From: Candidatus Aenigmatarchaeota archaeon
GTDB lineage: Archaea > Aenigmatarchaeota > Aenigmatarchaeia > CG10238-14
Direction of reading: 5' to 3'
Length of the DNA stretch: 64,000 nucleotides
NCBI GenBank assembly: GCA_018304545.1
Contig: JAGVVZ010000004.1
Span: forward strand, 9,944-73,943
In this document: positions 28,959 to 37,625 of the stretch, in pieces
How positions within the stretch are numbered: the first letter of the stretch is position 1
How the letters are laid out: every line of letters starts with the position of its first letter
Notes under the pieces: generated by a model
Seen by the model: only the letters and a program-made list of their open reading frames with translations
Database searches by the model: none
Told to the model about the DNA's origin: nothing
Made by a program: the position numbers and the translations under genes

Positions 28959-29145
28959 AATAACATTATATGAATGGGTTTTAGACAGAATACCGAGGCC
29001 ATATGAGTTGTCCATAGACGTTCCTGGTCATTGGGAACAAATAGAAGTAGCACGAGAAAAAGCCCAGAGATTATTAAGAGGTGGCGCATCATGGAAATAC
29101 AGAACTTCTTTAGAGTTACCACAAAATGGTGTCTATAGTGAATGA
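28936..29145 (+). CDS. orphan hypothetical protein
   Basis: GGAGTGA RBS then ATG 28936; ends 2 nt before tRNA-Tyr. Confidence 0.5.
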   Translation: MTNEQSDKITLYEWVLDRIPRPYELSIDVPGHWEQIEVAREKAQRLLRGGASWKYRTSLELPQNGVYSE

Positions 29146-29147
29146 AA

Positions 29148-29260
29148 CCCGCGGTAGCTCAATCGCAGAGCAGTCGGCTGTAGATGAATACTATGTATTT
29201 GTTACCGGCAGCTGTTCTATAGAGACCGAAAGATTGGGAGTTCAACTCTCCCCCGTGGGA
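29148..29260 (+). tRNA. tRNA-Tyr(GTA) with 41-nt intron (29184-29224)
   Basis: CCCGCGG/CCGTGGG acceptor (C1-G72, A73), CT-GTA-G, BHB helix CTGT/ATAG, T-arm GGGAG-TTCAACT-CTCCC. Confidence 0.9.
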
Positions 29261-29293
29261 TACTTAACCAAAATTGGAAAAATGGTGATTAAA

Positions 29294-30310
29294 ATGAATT
29301 TTTTCAGAGAATGTATAGAAAACAAAAACAGGAAAGAATTTTACTGGATGAAAAGAAAGGGAAAAATTAAGTTAGACATGACTGCAAATCCCATACAACC
29401 AGAAATAAATTGGAACGAAGTAATAAAATTTTCCACTGAAGAACTAAGAAAATATCCAAATAATTCTGAGTTGTATGAATTAAAAAGAGAGATAGCCAGA
29501 GATCATAAGATAGACACTAATAGCATTATGGTAACTACTGGAGCAGATGACGCCATTGAAATAATACTATTGCATTTGTTAAATCCAAAAGATAAAATAG
29601 GTATACACATACCAACCTTTCCTAGATTTCTCATTGTAGCAAAGCAGCTTTGTGATGCAGATGTAATCACATTTAAAAATATAAATGATATACCAGAATC
29701 GAAAGTTGTAGTTTTATGTACGCCAAATAACCCAACAACTAAGGAAATATCAAGAGGTGATTTGATAAAACTGCTCGAGGAAAATCAAAATAAGATGTTT
29801 GTAATTGATTGTGTATTTAGTGATTTTGGCAGATTCGACCCAACATCAATGATAAAAAAGTTCGACAATTTAATTGTAATAAAATCCACATCAAAGATTG
29901 GTATAGCAGGCGTCAGAGTTGGGTTTATTATATCTAAGAGGAAAAATATACGCAGTCTCAGAGAAGGAATATCACCATTTAGCGTGTCATTGGTGAATCA
30001 AAAAATAGCTTTTGAGGCAATAAAGGACAAAGAACATATGAAGAAGAGCTTAAATTTTTTAAAGAAGGAATGGTCCTTCATTAAAAGAAAAATGCCTGAA
30101 GCAGAAAGGGAAACTAACGTGCCGTTTTTCTTAGTAAAGACAAGACAAGATTCGGCAACCGTTTGCAGAAAATTGTTAAGTAGAGGCATTCAAGTAGCAA
30201 ATGGAGAAGATTTCATAGGTCTCGGTAATAATTGGATAAGAGTTTCAATAGGCAGCAGAGAAGAAAATGAAGAGTTTGTAAAAAATTTTAAAATCATCAA
30301 TTGTGATTAA
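29294..30310 (+). CDS. class I/II PLP aminotransferase (HisC/aromatic-type)
   Basis: YP, GADDAI, PNNPT, STSKIGIAGVRVG, IRVSIG; GGTGA RBS before ATG 29294. Confidence 0.88.
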   Translation: MNFFRECIENKNRKEFYWMKRKGKIKLDMTANPIQPEINWNEVIKFSTEELRKYPNNSELYELKREIARDHKIDTNSIMVTTGADDAIEIILLHLLNPKDKIGIHIPTFPRFLIVAKQLCDADVITFKNINDIPESKVVVLCTPNNPTTKEISRGDLIKLLEENQNKMFVIDCVFSDFGRFDPTSMIKKFDNLIVIKSTSKIGIAGVRVGFIISKRKNIRSLREGISPFSVSLVNQKIAFEAIKDKEHMKKSLNFLKKEWSFIKRKMPEAERETNVPFFLVKTRQDSATVCRKLLSRGIQVANGEDFIGLGNNWIRVSIGSREENEEFVKNFKIINCD

Positions 30311-31226
30311 AATGGATAAAGTGAACGAGATTAAGAGGTTCATAGCAAACAAAGGAATTGAAGCTGATATAATAGAGCATAAATTATTAGGATTAAAAAG
30401 TGAGGATGCTGCAAAGGCTACAGGATTTTATATAGGAAACATTATAAAAACACTGCTTTTTGTAAGCGAAGATAATACTATTGTTACTATATGTTTAGGT
30501 GTAGATAAAATTGATATCGAAAAACTTTCCGGAATATCTGGATTAAAAAAACCAAGACTAGCAACAAAAGATGAATTGAAAACTATTTTAAATACAAAAC
30601 CTGGCGGGACCCCTCCTATATGTTTACCAGAAAAAACTGCAGTTTTGATTGATGGAAAAGTGTTAGAAAAGAATTTTGTCATTGGATTTGGGGGATCTGA
30701 GTTTATCGGATTGAAAATTAAACCAAATGAAATAGTTAAACATTCAAATGCTAAAATTGCAGATATAACCATTGATTGTATGAACGAAGAAACAAAAACG
30801 CATACAGCCCTGCATATTGTAAAAGGAGCTACGCAAAAAGTTTTAGGAACAGTATTAACTACAAGCGTTTATGTAGACGATTCTAATGGCAGACTAACGG
30901 TTCAATGTGGTAATAAACCAACAAATGAAGAAATACAAAGAATAGAACTAGAAGCTAATAATTGCATAAACGAGAATAACGAAGTAAAGATTTTAGAAAT
31001 AGATAGAAAAGAAGCGGAAGATATATTTGGTAATATTATATACGACGTCTTTCCAGTGCCATCACATATAACTAAGCTTAAAATCTTAGAAATTGAAAAT
31101 TGGAATATAAATTGTTGTAATAAAGAACATACTAGAACAACTAGAGAAGTTGGGAAAATAGAAATTGATAAGATAAGATTTAGAGATGTTAAACAGTTAT
31201 TGGAGATATCATTTAAGGTGATTTAA
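30303..31226 (+). CDS. YbaK-AlaX-S fusion (two tRNA trans-editing domains)
   Basis: IIKTLLF, PGGTPP (YbaK); HTALHIVKG and WNINCCNKEH (AlaX-S). Confidence 0.88.
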   Translation: MIKMDKVNEIKRFIANKGIEADIIEHKLLGLKSEDAAKATGFYIGNIIKTLLFVSEDNTIVTICLGVDKIDIEKLSGISGLKKPRLATKDELKTILNTKPGGTPPICLPEKTAVLIDGKVLEKNFVIGFGGSEFIGLKIKPNEIVKHSNAKIADITIDCMNEETKTHTALHIVKGATQKVLGTVLTTSVYVDDSNGRLTVQCGNKPTNEEIQRIELEANNCINENNEVKILEIDRKEAEDIFGNIIYDVFPVPSHITKLKILEIENWNINCCNKEHTRTTREVGKIEIDKIRFRDVKQLLEISFKVI

Positions 31227-32308
31227 TGGATCTAGAAAGAAGAATTGACTTAATAAGGGCGCCACCAACAGAAGAAATAATTACTGAAGGAGATCTAAGA
31301 ACGTTATTAGAAACTAAAAGCCATCCCACTGCTTATGACGGGTTTGAAACGTCTGGCCAAATGCATTTAGGCTCCGCTGTTTTACGTGCAATAAAAATTC
31401 AAGACATGCTAGATGCTCAATGCGAATTCATTTTATGGATAGCAGATTGGTTTGCTTACATTAACAACAAAATGGGCGGTAATTTAGATCTGATCAAAAA
31501 GACAGGCGAATATTATCTAGAGGGTTGGAAGGCATGCGGAATTGATATGAAAAAGGTTAAAATTTTATGGACTAGTGATGCTGTTAAAGATTCTGATTAT
31601 TGGAAAGGTGTTATTGACATCGCAAAAAATTCAACAGTGCAAAGAACAATAAGAGCAGCTACAATCATGGGAAGAAAGGAAGCAGAAATGCAATATACAG
31701 CTCAGCTAATCTATCCGATGATGCAGGCGTGGGATCCGTTCTACTTTAAAGCAGACATATTGCAGTTGGGTATGGACCAAAGAAAAGCGACTATATTATC
31801 AAGAGAACTTGCTCCCAAGTTAGAACAATCTACAAGAGTCTGCGTTCATCACCATCTTCTTGCTGGTTTACAAGGTCCTGATGAAGGTAGAATGGGTCAA
31901 GAGACGGCAACGATGCAAATAGAAGCTAAAATGAGCAAATCTAAACCACAAACAGCTGTATTCATTCATGATTCTAGAAGAGAAATAGAAGAAAAAATAA
32001 ACAAAGCATTTTGCCCTGAGAAAATTGTTGACGGAAATCCTATATTGGAAATATGGAAATACATTATTTTAAGAAAATTCAAATCTAGAACAATAGAAAG
32101 GTCTCCAAAATTTGGAGGGAACATGGAAATACATGATTATTCAGATATTGAGCTAGAATTCAAGAACGGTAAACTTCATCCGCTTGATTTAAAAAAAGAA
32201 ACTATTCAGGCATTAGATGAAATATTAAGTCCAATAAGAAGGCATTTTGAGAAAGGAAAGGCAAAAGAACTATTTGATACAGTAAGAAATGCGCAGATAA
32301 CTAGATAA
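31226..32308 (+). CDS. tyrS: tyrosyl-tRNA synthetase
   Basis: YDGFE.SG, HLGS, YPMMQ, GMDQRK, KMSKS, LHPLDLK. Confidence 0.97.
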   Translation: MDLERRIDLIRAPPTEEIITEGDLRTLLETKSHPTAYDGFETSGQMHLGSAVLRAIKIQDMLDAQCEFILWIADWFAYINNKMGGNLDLIKKTGEYYLEGWKACGIDMKKVKILWTSDAVKDSDYWKGVIDIAKNSTVQRTIRAATIMGRKEAEMQYTAQLIYPMMQAWDPFYFKADILQLGMDQRKATILSRELAPKLEQSTRVCVHHHLLAGLQGPDEGRMGQETATMQIEAKMSKSKPQTAVFIHDSRREIEEKINKAFCPEKIVDGNPILEIWKYIILRKFKSRTIERSPKFGGNMEIHDYSDIELEFKNGKLHPLDLKKETIQALDEILSPIRRHFEKGKAKELFDTVRNAQITR

Positions 32309-32368
32309 GAATAAGCTATACAGATAAAGAGCAAAAATTTATATGACCAAGCAACAAAAAACAATACT

Positions 32369-32671
32369 TTAACAAATTTCTCCGTTTTTTTCTTCTAACC
32401 AATTTTTAATACTTTTCTTTATGTCGATTGTTTCAGTACTATTGTCTGGCATGGGTCTTTTTATTGTCATAGGAATTTTTATTTCTTTAAATTCGCTTTC
32501 AGCAATATTTATTGGATCAAAATCGTTCTTTTCTGTTTTTATTAGAATAGGAGCACCTAATGAAATCTGTAAGGCTCTTGCCCCAATAACTCTAGCAACT
32601 TCAAAACGAGTCAATCTATCCTTGGGCCATCCGCTCTTTTTTTCGTCTAAATCTTTTGAAATCTTATCCAT
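32369..32671 (-). CDS. rpoK: RNA polymerase subunit Rpo6 (K)
   Basis: [22 protein letters not shown]. Confidence 0.96.
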   Translation of the reverse strand: MDKISKDLDEKKSGWPKDRLTRFEVARVIGARALQISLGAPILIKTEKNDFDPINIAESEFKEIKIPMTIKRPMPDNSTETIDIKKSIKNWLEEKNGEIC

Positions 32672-32702
32672 CTCCTAGAATTGTATTGTTGTATTTATAT
32701 TT

Positions 32703-33164
32703 TTAAGCTTTTAATGCTTTCTTTCTTTTCAACCACATCGGATCAAAAAATATTATGATCAAGTATATCAAAATTATTATCACAATAAAATCATATGTCA
32801 ATCTAGACCAATAATTACACACAAAATTTTCTGAAGTACATGTAAGCAAAAGACCTATTTCATCAGTCATCAAGCCTAATCCTATACCAAACATTACAGA
32901 AGCGAGTTTTATTTTTTTAAGTGTGTGTGATATCAGTGCCGTTATTCCTGCAATTGAAATGAAGGATATACCGAAAAAGAAATGATGAATGTGATAGCCG
33001 TTAATAATTATAATTTTCTGCGGCAAGAATAATGCAAAACCTCTTCCGACAAGAAAAGATGTTATAAACGAAACAAAAATTAAAAACGGCACAATTTTTC
33101 TTTCATGTAAAGAATCTATGTAAAAAAATTCTTTTATTTTGTTTTTTAGATTCAATTCATTCAC
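32703..33164 (-). CDS. membrane protein with HIHH motif
   Basis: Multiple TMs, GYHIHHFFFG, GLGLMTDE. Confidence 0.7.
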   Translation of the reverse strand: MNELNLKNKIKEFFYIDSLHERKIVPFLIFVSFITSFLVGRGFALFLPQKIIIINGYHIHHFFFGISFISIAGITALISHTLKKIKLASVMFGIGLGLMTDEIGLLLTCTSENFVCNYWSRLTYDFIVIIILIYLIIIFFDPMWLKRKKALKA

Positions 33165-33170
33165 TTAAGT

Positions 33171-33362
33171 TTAAGCGAATTTAGATATTTTTTTCAGAAG
33201 ATCCACGTGGGATAAAAGTATTCCTCTGCAGCAATATCTTTGTAACCCAAAATCATTCAGAATCTTTTCTCCACTTTCACCAGTATTTATTCTTCTTTGA
33301 AAATCTTCCCAAAAGTGAGCAACAACCTTTCCACAACTGAAACAGCGAACTGGAATTATTAT
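33171..33362 (-). CDS. rpoN: RNA polymerase subunit Rpo10 (N), apparent ATA start
   Basis: Not in ORF track; (I)IIPVRCFSCGK...RYCCR; GGAGGT RBS 8 nt before ATA. Confidence 0.93.
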   Translation of the reverse strand: MIIPVRCFSCGKVVAHFWEDFQRRINTGESGEKILNDFGLQRYCCRGILLSHVDLLKKISKFA

Positions 33363-33375
33363 TTTAATCTACCTC

Positions 33376-33810
33376 CTATCTCTTCGAACGTTGTTTATGG
33401 CGTCTTGCGCCTTGACTCGATCTAGAGGGTTTATGAGGCTCTGTTCTTCTAGAATCATATACGAGCAAATTTCTGTCATATTCCAAATACTTATCTTTCA
33501 AATTCTTATTATCAAAATATTCTACTAATCCTTTTGCAATTGCTTGTCTAGTAGCATCTGCTTGTCCTGCTATACCTCCTCCTCTTGCATCAACATTTAC
33601 ATCAACTTGATTAATTAAATTTTCAGCTAATAATATTGACTCTCTAATCTTTAATCTGGAGTATTCCGGTTGAACTAAATCGAGTGGTGTATTATTTATT
33701 AATATTCTGCCAGAACCAGATTTGATTCTCGCACGCGCAACTGCGTTTTTTCTTTTACCCACGCCGAATATTATTTTCTCTTTCTTTATTTCTTCCTTTT
33801 GTTTTACCAT
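33376..33810 (-). CDS. rps9: 30S ribosomal protein S9
   Basis: GKRKNAVAR, GGG..GQADA, DSRRTEPHK. Confidence 0.97.
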   Translation of the reverse strand: MVKQKEEIKKEKIIFGVGKRKNAVARARIKSGSGRILINNTPLDLVQPEYSRLKIRESILLAENLINQVDVNVDARGGGIAGQADATRQAIAKGLVEYFDNKNLKDKYLEYDRNLLVYDSRRTEPHKPSRSSQGARRHKQRSKR

Positions 33811-33811
33811 A

Positions 33812-34246
33812 TTACCATCTTTTCTTGGTTCCTAATGCAAGAGATAATTCTCCAATTGTAATATATTTAGTTCTAAGCTTTTTAACGTCTGCATCATCAT
33901 AACTTATTGATTCTATATTTTTTAATTCTTCTGGAACATCTATCCAAACCTTTAATTTGGACAATGCTTTCTTGCCTCTGTTCAACTTGTATGGGATCAT
34001 TCCTCTTGCTATTCTTTTCACTATGCCTTGTGGCGTTTTTGGATAAAATGGTCCGTGATGTTTGTCTCCTCTCTGGACCTTTTCTAAATAATGATTTTTT
34101 GTATATTTAGGATTGCCAGCGATTAAACCCTTTTCACAATTTATTATATGCACCATCTCTCCTTTTAGTAGATCTTTAGTGACTCTTGTTAGTGTCCTTC
34201 CTATTATTTTATTTGAGATATCATAAACTTTCATATTTATCAACAC
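33812..34246 (-). CDS. rpl13: 50S ribosomal protein L13
   Basis: IIGR, NCEK, GPFYPK.P, RGMIPYK. Confidence 0.96.
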   Translation of the reverse strand: MLINMKVYDISNKIIGRTLTRVTKDLLKGEMVHIINCEKGLIAGNPKYTKNHYLEKVQRGDKHHGPFYPKTPQGIVKRIARGMIPYKLNRGKKALSKLKVWIDVPEELKNIESISYDDADVKKLRTKYITIGELSLALGTKKRW

Positions 34247-34605
34247 ACTATTCTAACATTTGTGCCTTTTGGATTATTTTTGACTAATTCTTCAATCGTT
34301 AATACAGTTCCTTTCGCTTGCTTTATTTTGTCTACAGCTGACTTTGAAAATTTCCATCCGCTAACAGTAATAGGCTTGGATAAATCACCATAGCCTAGGA
34401 TAACGCCGGGAACAATAATGGTCTCTCCTTCTTGTGAATGTCTTTCTATGTGCGCTATATTCACTTCTACTCTTTGTCTTCTGGGCTTATTTAATTTTTC
34501 AGCAATATCTCTGAGAAATGGACTTTTATTTTCAAGGGATTGTTTTTTCAAACTTTCTATTAATTTTTTTAATATCGGATTTGTTGGTCCGGTGCGCTTT
34601 GACAT
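34240..34605 (-). CDS. rpl18e: 50S ribosomal protein L18e
   Basis: TNP, PRRQRVEVNI, VPG.ILG.G, NPKG. Confidence 0.96.
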   Translation of the reverse strand: MSKRTGPTNPILKKLIESLKKQSLENKSPFLRDIAEKLNKPRRQRVEVNIAHIERHSQEGETIIVPGVILGYGDLSKPITVSGWKFSKSAVDKIKQAKGTVLTIEELVKNNPKGTNVRIVC

Positions 34606-34710
34606 TCGCTACACCTCTTGTTAACTTACAAATTAACGATGTATAGATTTATAAAGCTTTAAATTTTCTTAAAGGTTAAAGAAAAAAATAAAGAAAAAAC
34701 AAATCAAAAA

Positions 34711-34893
34711 TTACTTGCTCTTTAAGTAAAGTAGTGCACCTAATAGTGCCACCAACCCTCCAGCGATTAAATGCTGCAATTGGTGATAATCGGATAGCAT
34801 AAGAGGACCTCCCGGCATTGCTAATACCACTAAGAGACCTAAAGCTACCAGCACTAAATGGTATACCTTTGTATTCATTTCTTTTTTTGCCAT
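34711..34893 (-). CDS. small two-TM membrane protein
   Basis: 60 aa; followed by long U-rich tract (34680-34710). Confidence 0.6.
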   Translation of the reverse strand: MAKKEMNTKVYHLVLVALGLLVVLAMPGGPLMLSDYHQLQHLIAGGLVALLGALLYLKSK

Positions 34894-34963
34894 TTACATC
34901 TAATAGAATTTGTTTAAGTCTTAATATAAAGATTATTTTGCACTAAGAAGTAGGAAAAAATAA

Positions 34964-35035
34964 TGCGCCAGTCGGGATTCGAACCCGAATAGCTAGCTTG
35001 GGAAGCTAGAATCTTGGCCGTTGGATCACTGACGC
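34964..35035 (-). tRNA. tRNA-Gly(CCC)
   Basis: GCGTCAG/CTGGCGC acceptor, CTAGC-TTCCCAA-GCTAG, GGTTCGAATCC. Confidence 0.95.
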
Positions 35036-35095
35036 ACAAAGATTAATATATTTAATAGAGTGTTTATGTATAACTTTATTCTATTGGCGATTAAA

Positions 35096-36358
35096 TTGAA
35101 AGTTTCATTTTTAGGCGGAGCAAAAGAGGTAGGAAGATCAGCAGTTTTGGTCGATACTAATTCTGAGAGTATCATGATGGATTATGGATTAAAGATAGAA
35201 ACAGAACCTCCGAGATTTCCAAGATTACCTGACACTAAACTATCAGCTGTTATTCTGACGCATGCGCATTTAGATCATGTCGGTGCTGTGCCTTTATTAT
35301 TCAGAAAGGGGCAGAACTGTCCGATCTATTCGATGGAAATAACCTCTCCTTTGTCACGAATTCTTTTCTTTGACTCGATAAAAATTGCAAAGCATGAAAA
35401 TTATTCATTGGGTTACAGCGAAAAAGATGCGAAAGCAGCTTTGAAAAATTTTAAATCGTTCAATTACAGGAAACCTTTCAATATCGGCAATTCAAAGATA
35501 ACTGCATATGATGCCGGTCACATAGCAGGTTCTTCTATGATATTGTTAGAAAATCAGAAAAAACTTCTTTATACAGGCGATTTTAAACTAGAAGACACAA
35601 GATTGATGAAGGGAGCGGATACTGATATTGAAGACGTGGATGCGCTAGTTATAGAAAGTACATACTCGGATAGAGATCACCCAAATAGAAGTGAAGAAGA
35701 AAGAAAATTTATTGAACATATAAGAAGCACGTTAAATAATGAAGGTGTTGCACTCGTCGCCTCGTTTGCAATTTCCAGGTCACAAGAAACACTCTTAGTA
35801 TTAGATGAGTTCGAGGTCAATTATCCTGTATATTTAGATGGGATGTCTGCAAATGCAACGGAAATTTTAGATGCTTATCCGGAACTGCAAAGAGAGTATA
35901 ATATATTGAAAAAAGTGCTGCAAAGAATGAATGTGCAATTTGTTGATAACGTTAATATGAGAAAAAAAATAATAAAAAAGCCGTGCGTCATCATATGTGG
36001 TTCTGGCATGTTATCGGGTGGACCTGTAGTAGGTTACATTAAAAAAATGTTTGGTAGAGAAGACTGTTCTTTATCTCTTACTGGATTTCAAAGCCCAGGA
36101 ACAGGTGGAGCACGTTTACTAGAAACCGGCAAATTTACTGACGAAGAAGTGGATTTGACTGTAAAAATGTCTGTGAAAAGATTCAATTTCAGCTCTCATG
36201 CATCACGAACAGAGTTACTAAAACTTTGTAAAAAAATAAGTCCAGAAAAGATATTCTGTATACACGGAGATAAGACAGAAGAGTTTGCTAATGAGTTAAA
36301 AGAAGTGCACGGATTTGACGCTATTTCTCCTGACATACAAAAGAAATATGAAATTTAA
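35096..36358 (+). CDS. beta-CASP metallo-beta-lactamase ribonuclease (aCPSF2-like)
   Basis: LGGAKEVGRS, THAHLDH, AGHIAGS, YTGD, ESTY, SSHA; no N-terminal KH domains. Confidence 0.92.
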   Translation: MKVSFLGGAKEVGRSAVLVDTNSESIMMDYGLKIETEPPRFPRLPDTKLSAVILTHAHLDHVGAVPLLFRKGQNCPIYSMEITSPLSRILFFDSIKIAKHENYSLGYSEKDAKAALKNFKSFNYRKPFNIGNSKITAYDAGHIAGSSMILLENQKKLLYTGDFKLEDTRLMKGADTDIEDVDALVIESTYSDRDHPNRSEEERKFIEHIRSTLNNEGVALVASFAISRSQETLLVLDEFEVNYPVYLDGMSANATEILDAYPELQREYNILKKVLQRMNVQFVDNVNMRKKIIKKPCVIICGSGMLSGGPVVGYIKKMFGREDCSLSLTGFQSPGTGGARLLETGKFTDEEVDLTVKMSVKRFNFSSHASRTELLKLCKKISPEKIFCIHGDKTEEFANELKEVHGFDAISPDIQKKYEI

Positions 36359-36412
36359 GTTTTTATTGAAAGACTGGGGTAGGATTAAAAGTTTATTGTT
36401 TTATATGGTTTT

Positions 36413-37045
36413 GTGAACCAAAGATCTTACGAATGGAAATCTAAATTTGACAGAATAGACAAGTATCTGACAAATGCTTTAAGATTGCATAGCGGAGATA
36501 CATTTGATCATTCTGAAAGGGTAGAGAGATATTGTAATGAAATAATTTGTTGTTCTGGTTTGAATGTATACAGTCCTATGAATGAGCCACAAAAATATAT
36601 AGTTAAAGAAGTTGCCAGGCTTCATGACATTGGGAAGATTATTATTCCTTCGTCTTGGATAGATAATGATGGGCCTCTAAACCCGTTCCAGCACGCCTGG
36701 ATAAAAACGCATTCTTTTGTCGGATATTTGATTGTAATTTCTTTTGGATACATGCTCTCTAGAGATTTGAATTTTATGAATGATATGGTTTTGCCGATAG
36801 CTCGTGGAGTTTTATATAGTCACGAAACTTATGAAGGAAAAGGTTATCCTAGAAGGTTGAAAGGAGAGGAAATTCCAATAGAAGCAAGAATAGTAAGAGT
36901 TGCAGATGATTATGATGCTTCTGTAACTAGAAAGAATATGTTGGATCGTACTAAGGCTCTAGAAGGTCTTAAAAGTGCTTCCGGAACCAGACTGGATCCT
37001 CGAATCGTCCAGTTAGTATTCGATAACGATTTATTTACTACTTAA
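36413..37045 (+). CDS. HD-GYP domain protein
   Basis: HSERV, LHDIGK, SHETYEGKGYP, EIPIEARIVRVADDYDA. Confidence 0.9.
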   Translation: MNQRSYEWKSKFDRIDKYLTNALRLHSGDTFDHSERVERYCNEIICCSGLNVYSPMNEPQKYIVKEVARLHDIGKIIIPSSWIDNDGPLNPFQHAWIKTHSFVGYLIVISFGYMLSRDLNFMNDMVLPIARGVLYSHETYEGKGYPRRLKGEEIPIEARIVRVADDYDASVTRKNMLDRTKALEGLKSASGTRLDPRIVQLVFDNDLFTT

Positions 37046-37084
37046 TAGTAATGTTTATATATATTGTAACCACTATATAGTAAT

Positions 37085-37363
37085 ATGAAATTAGAACCCT
37101 CTGATATAGTAGCCACTTGCTCTAAACATTACACTGTTTGGAAAGAAGAAGCCCTAAAGGCTAAAAGTACTGAAGATATGAAAAAATACTTAGAAAAGGC
37201 TTTCTTTTGGCTAGAACTCCAGAATAATTTACTTGTTTTATGGACAGTTGAAAAGACAATGGGCAAGGACGAAATAATAAGAGAAAGAATAGAACAAGCT
37301 CATTTGAACATAAATAAGAAAATAGTTGATTATGCCAATAATGTATTGAAAGATTTAGAATAA
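37085..37363 (+). CDS. hypothetical helical protein
   Basis: 92-aa ORF with TATA box upstream. Confidence 0.65.
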   Translation: MKLEPSDIVATCSKHYTVWKEEALKAKSTEDMKKYLEKAFFWLELQNNLLVLWTVEKTMGKDEIIRERIEQAHLNINKKIVDYANNVLKDLE

Positions 37364-37380
37364 TTAAATAGAATGAGAAA

Positions 37381-37599
37381 ATGACTGATGCTAATGACGA
37401 TGCGATTTATTTAAAAGTAATAAATTTATGTGTCGGCAATAATGGCTCTGATGCGTATAATCAAAAAGATCCTGATGGCAAAGGAACATGGTTCTGCCCT
37501 TATACTCAAAGATTGTGTCAACATCAAGTAGATTTAAAACTCAGAAGATATGGTTGCGGATTAAAGACAAATGAAGAAACTGCTCCTGATAAACATTAA
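37381..37599 (+). CDS. small Cys-containing hypothetical protein
   Basis: 72 aa, four Cys. Confidence 0.45.
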   Translation: MTDANDDAIYLKVINLCVGNNGSDAYNQKDPDGKGTWFCPYTQRLCQHQVDLKLRRYGCGLKTNEETAPDKH

Positions 37600-37625
37600 T
37601 ATACTGCCTCGTTTAATTTTATTTC

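Noticed and set aside
29126-29293. N-terminal extension of the aminotransferase ORF reading through tRNA-Tyr
   Set aside because: The extension is the tRNA gene; a GGTGA RBS and ATG at 29294 give a normal-length enzyme. The open frame is probably chance.
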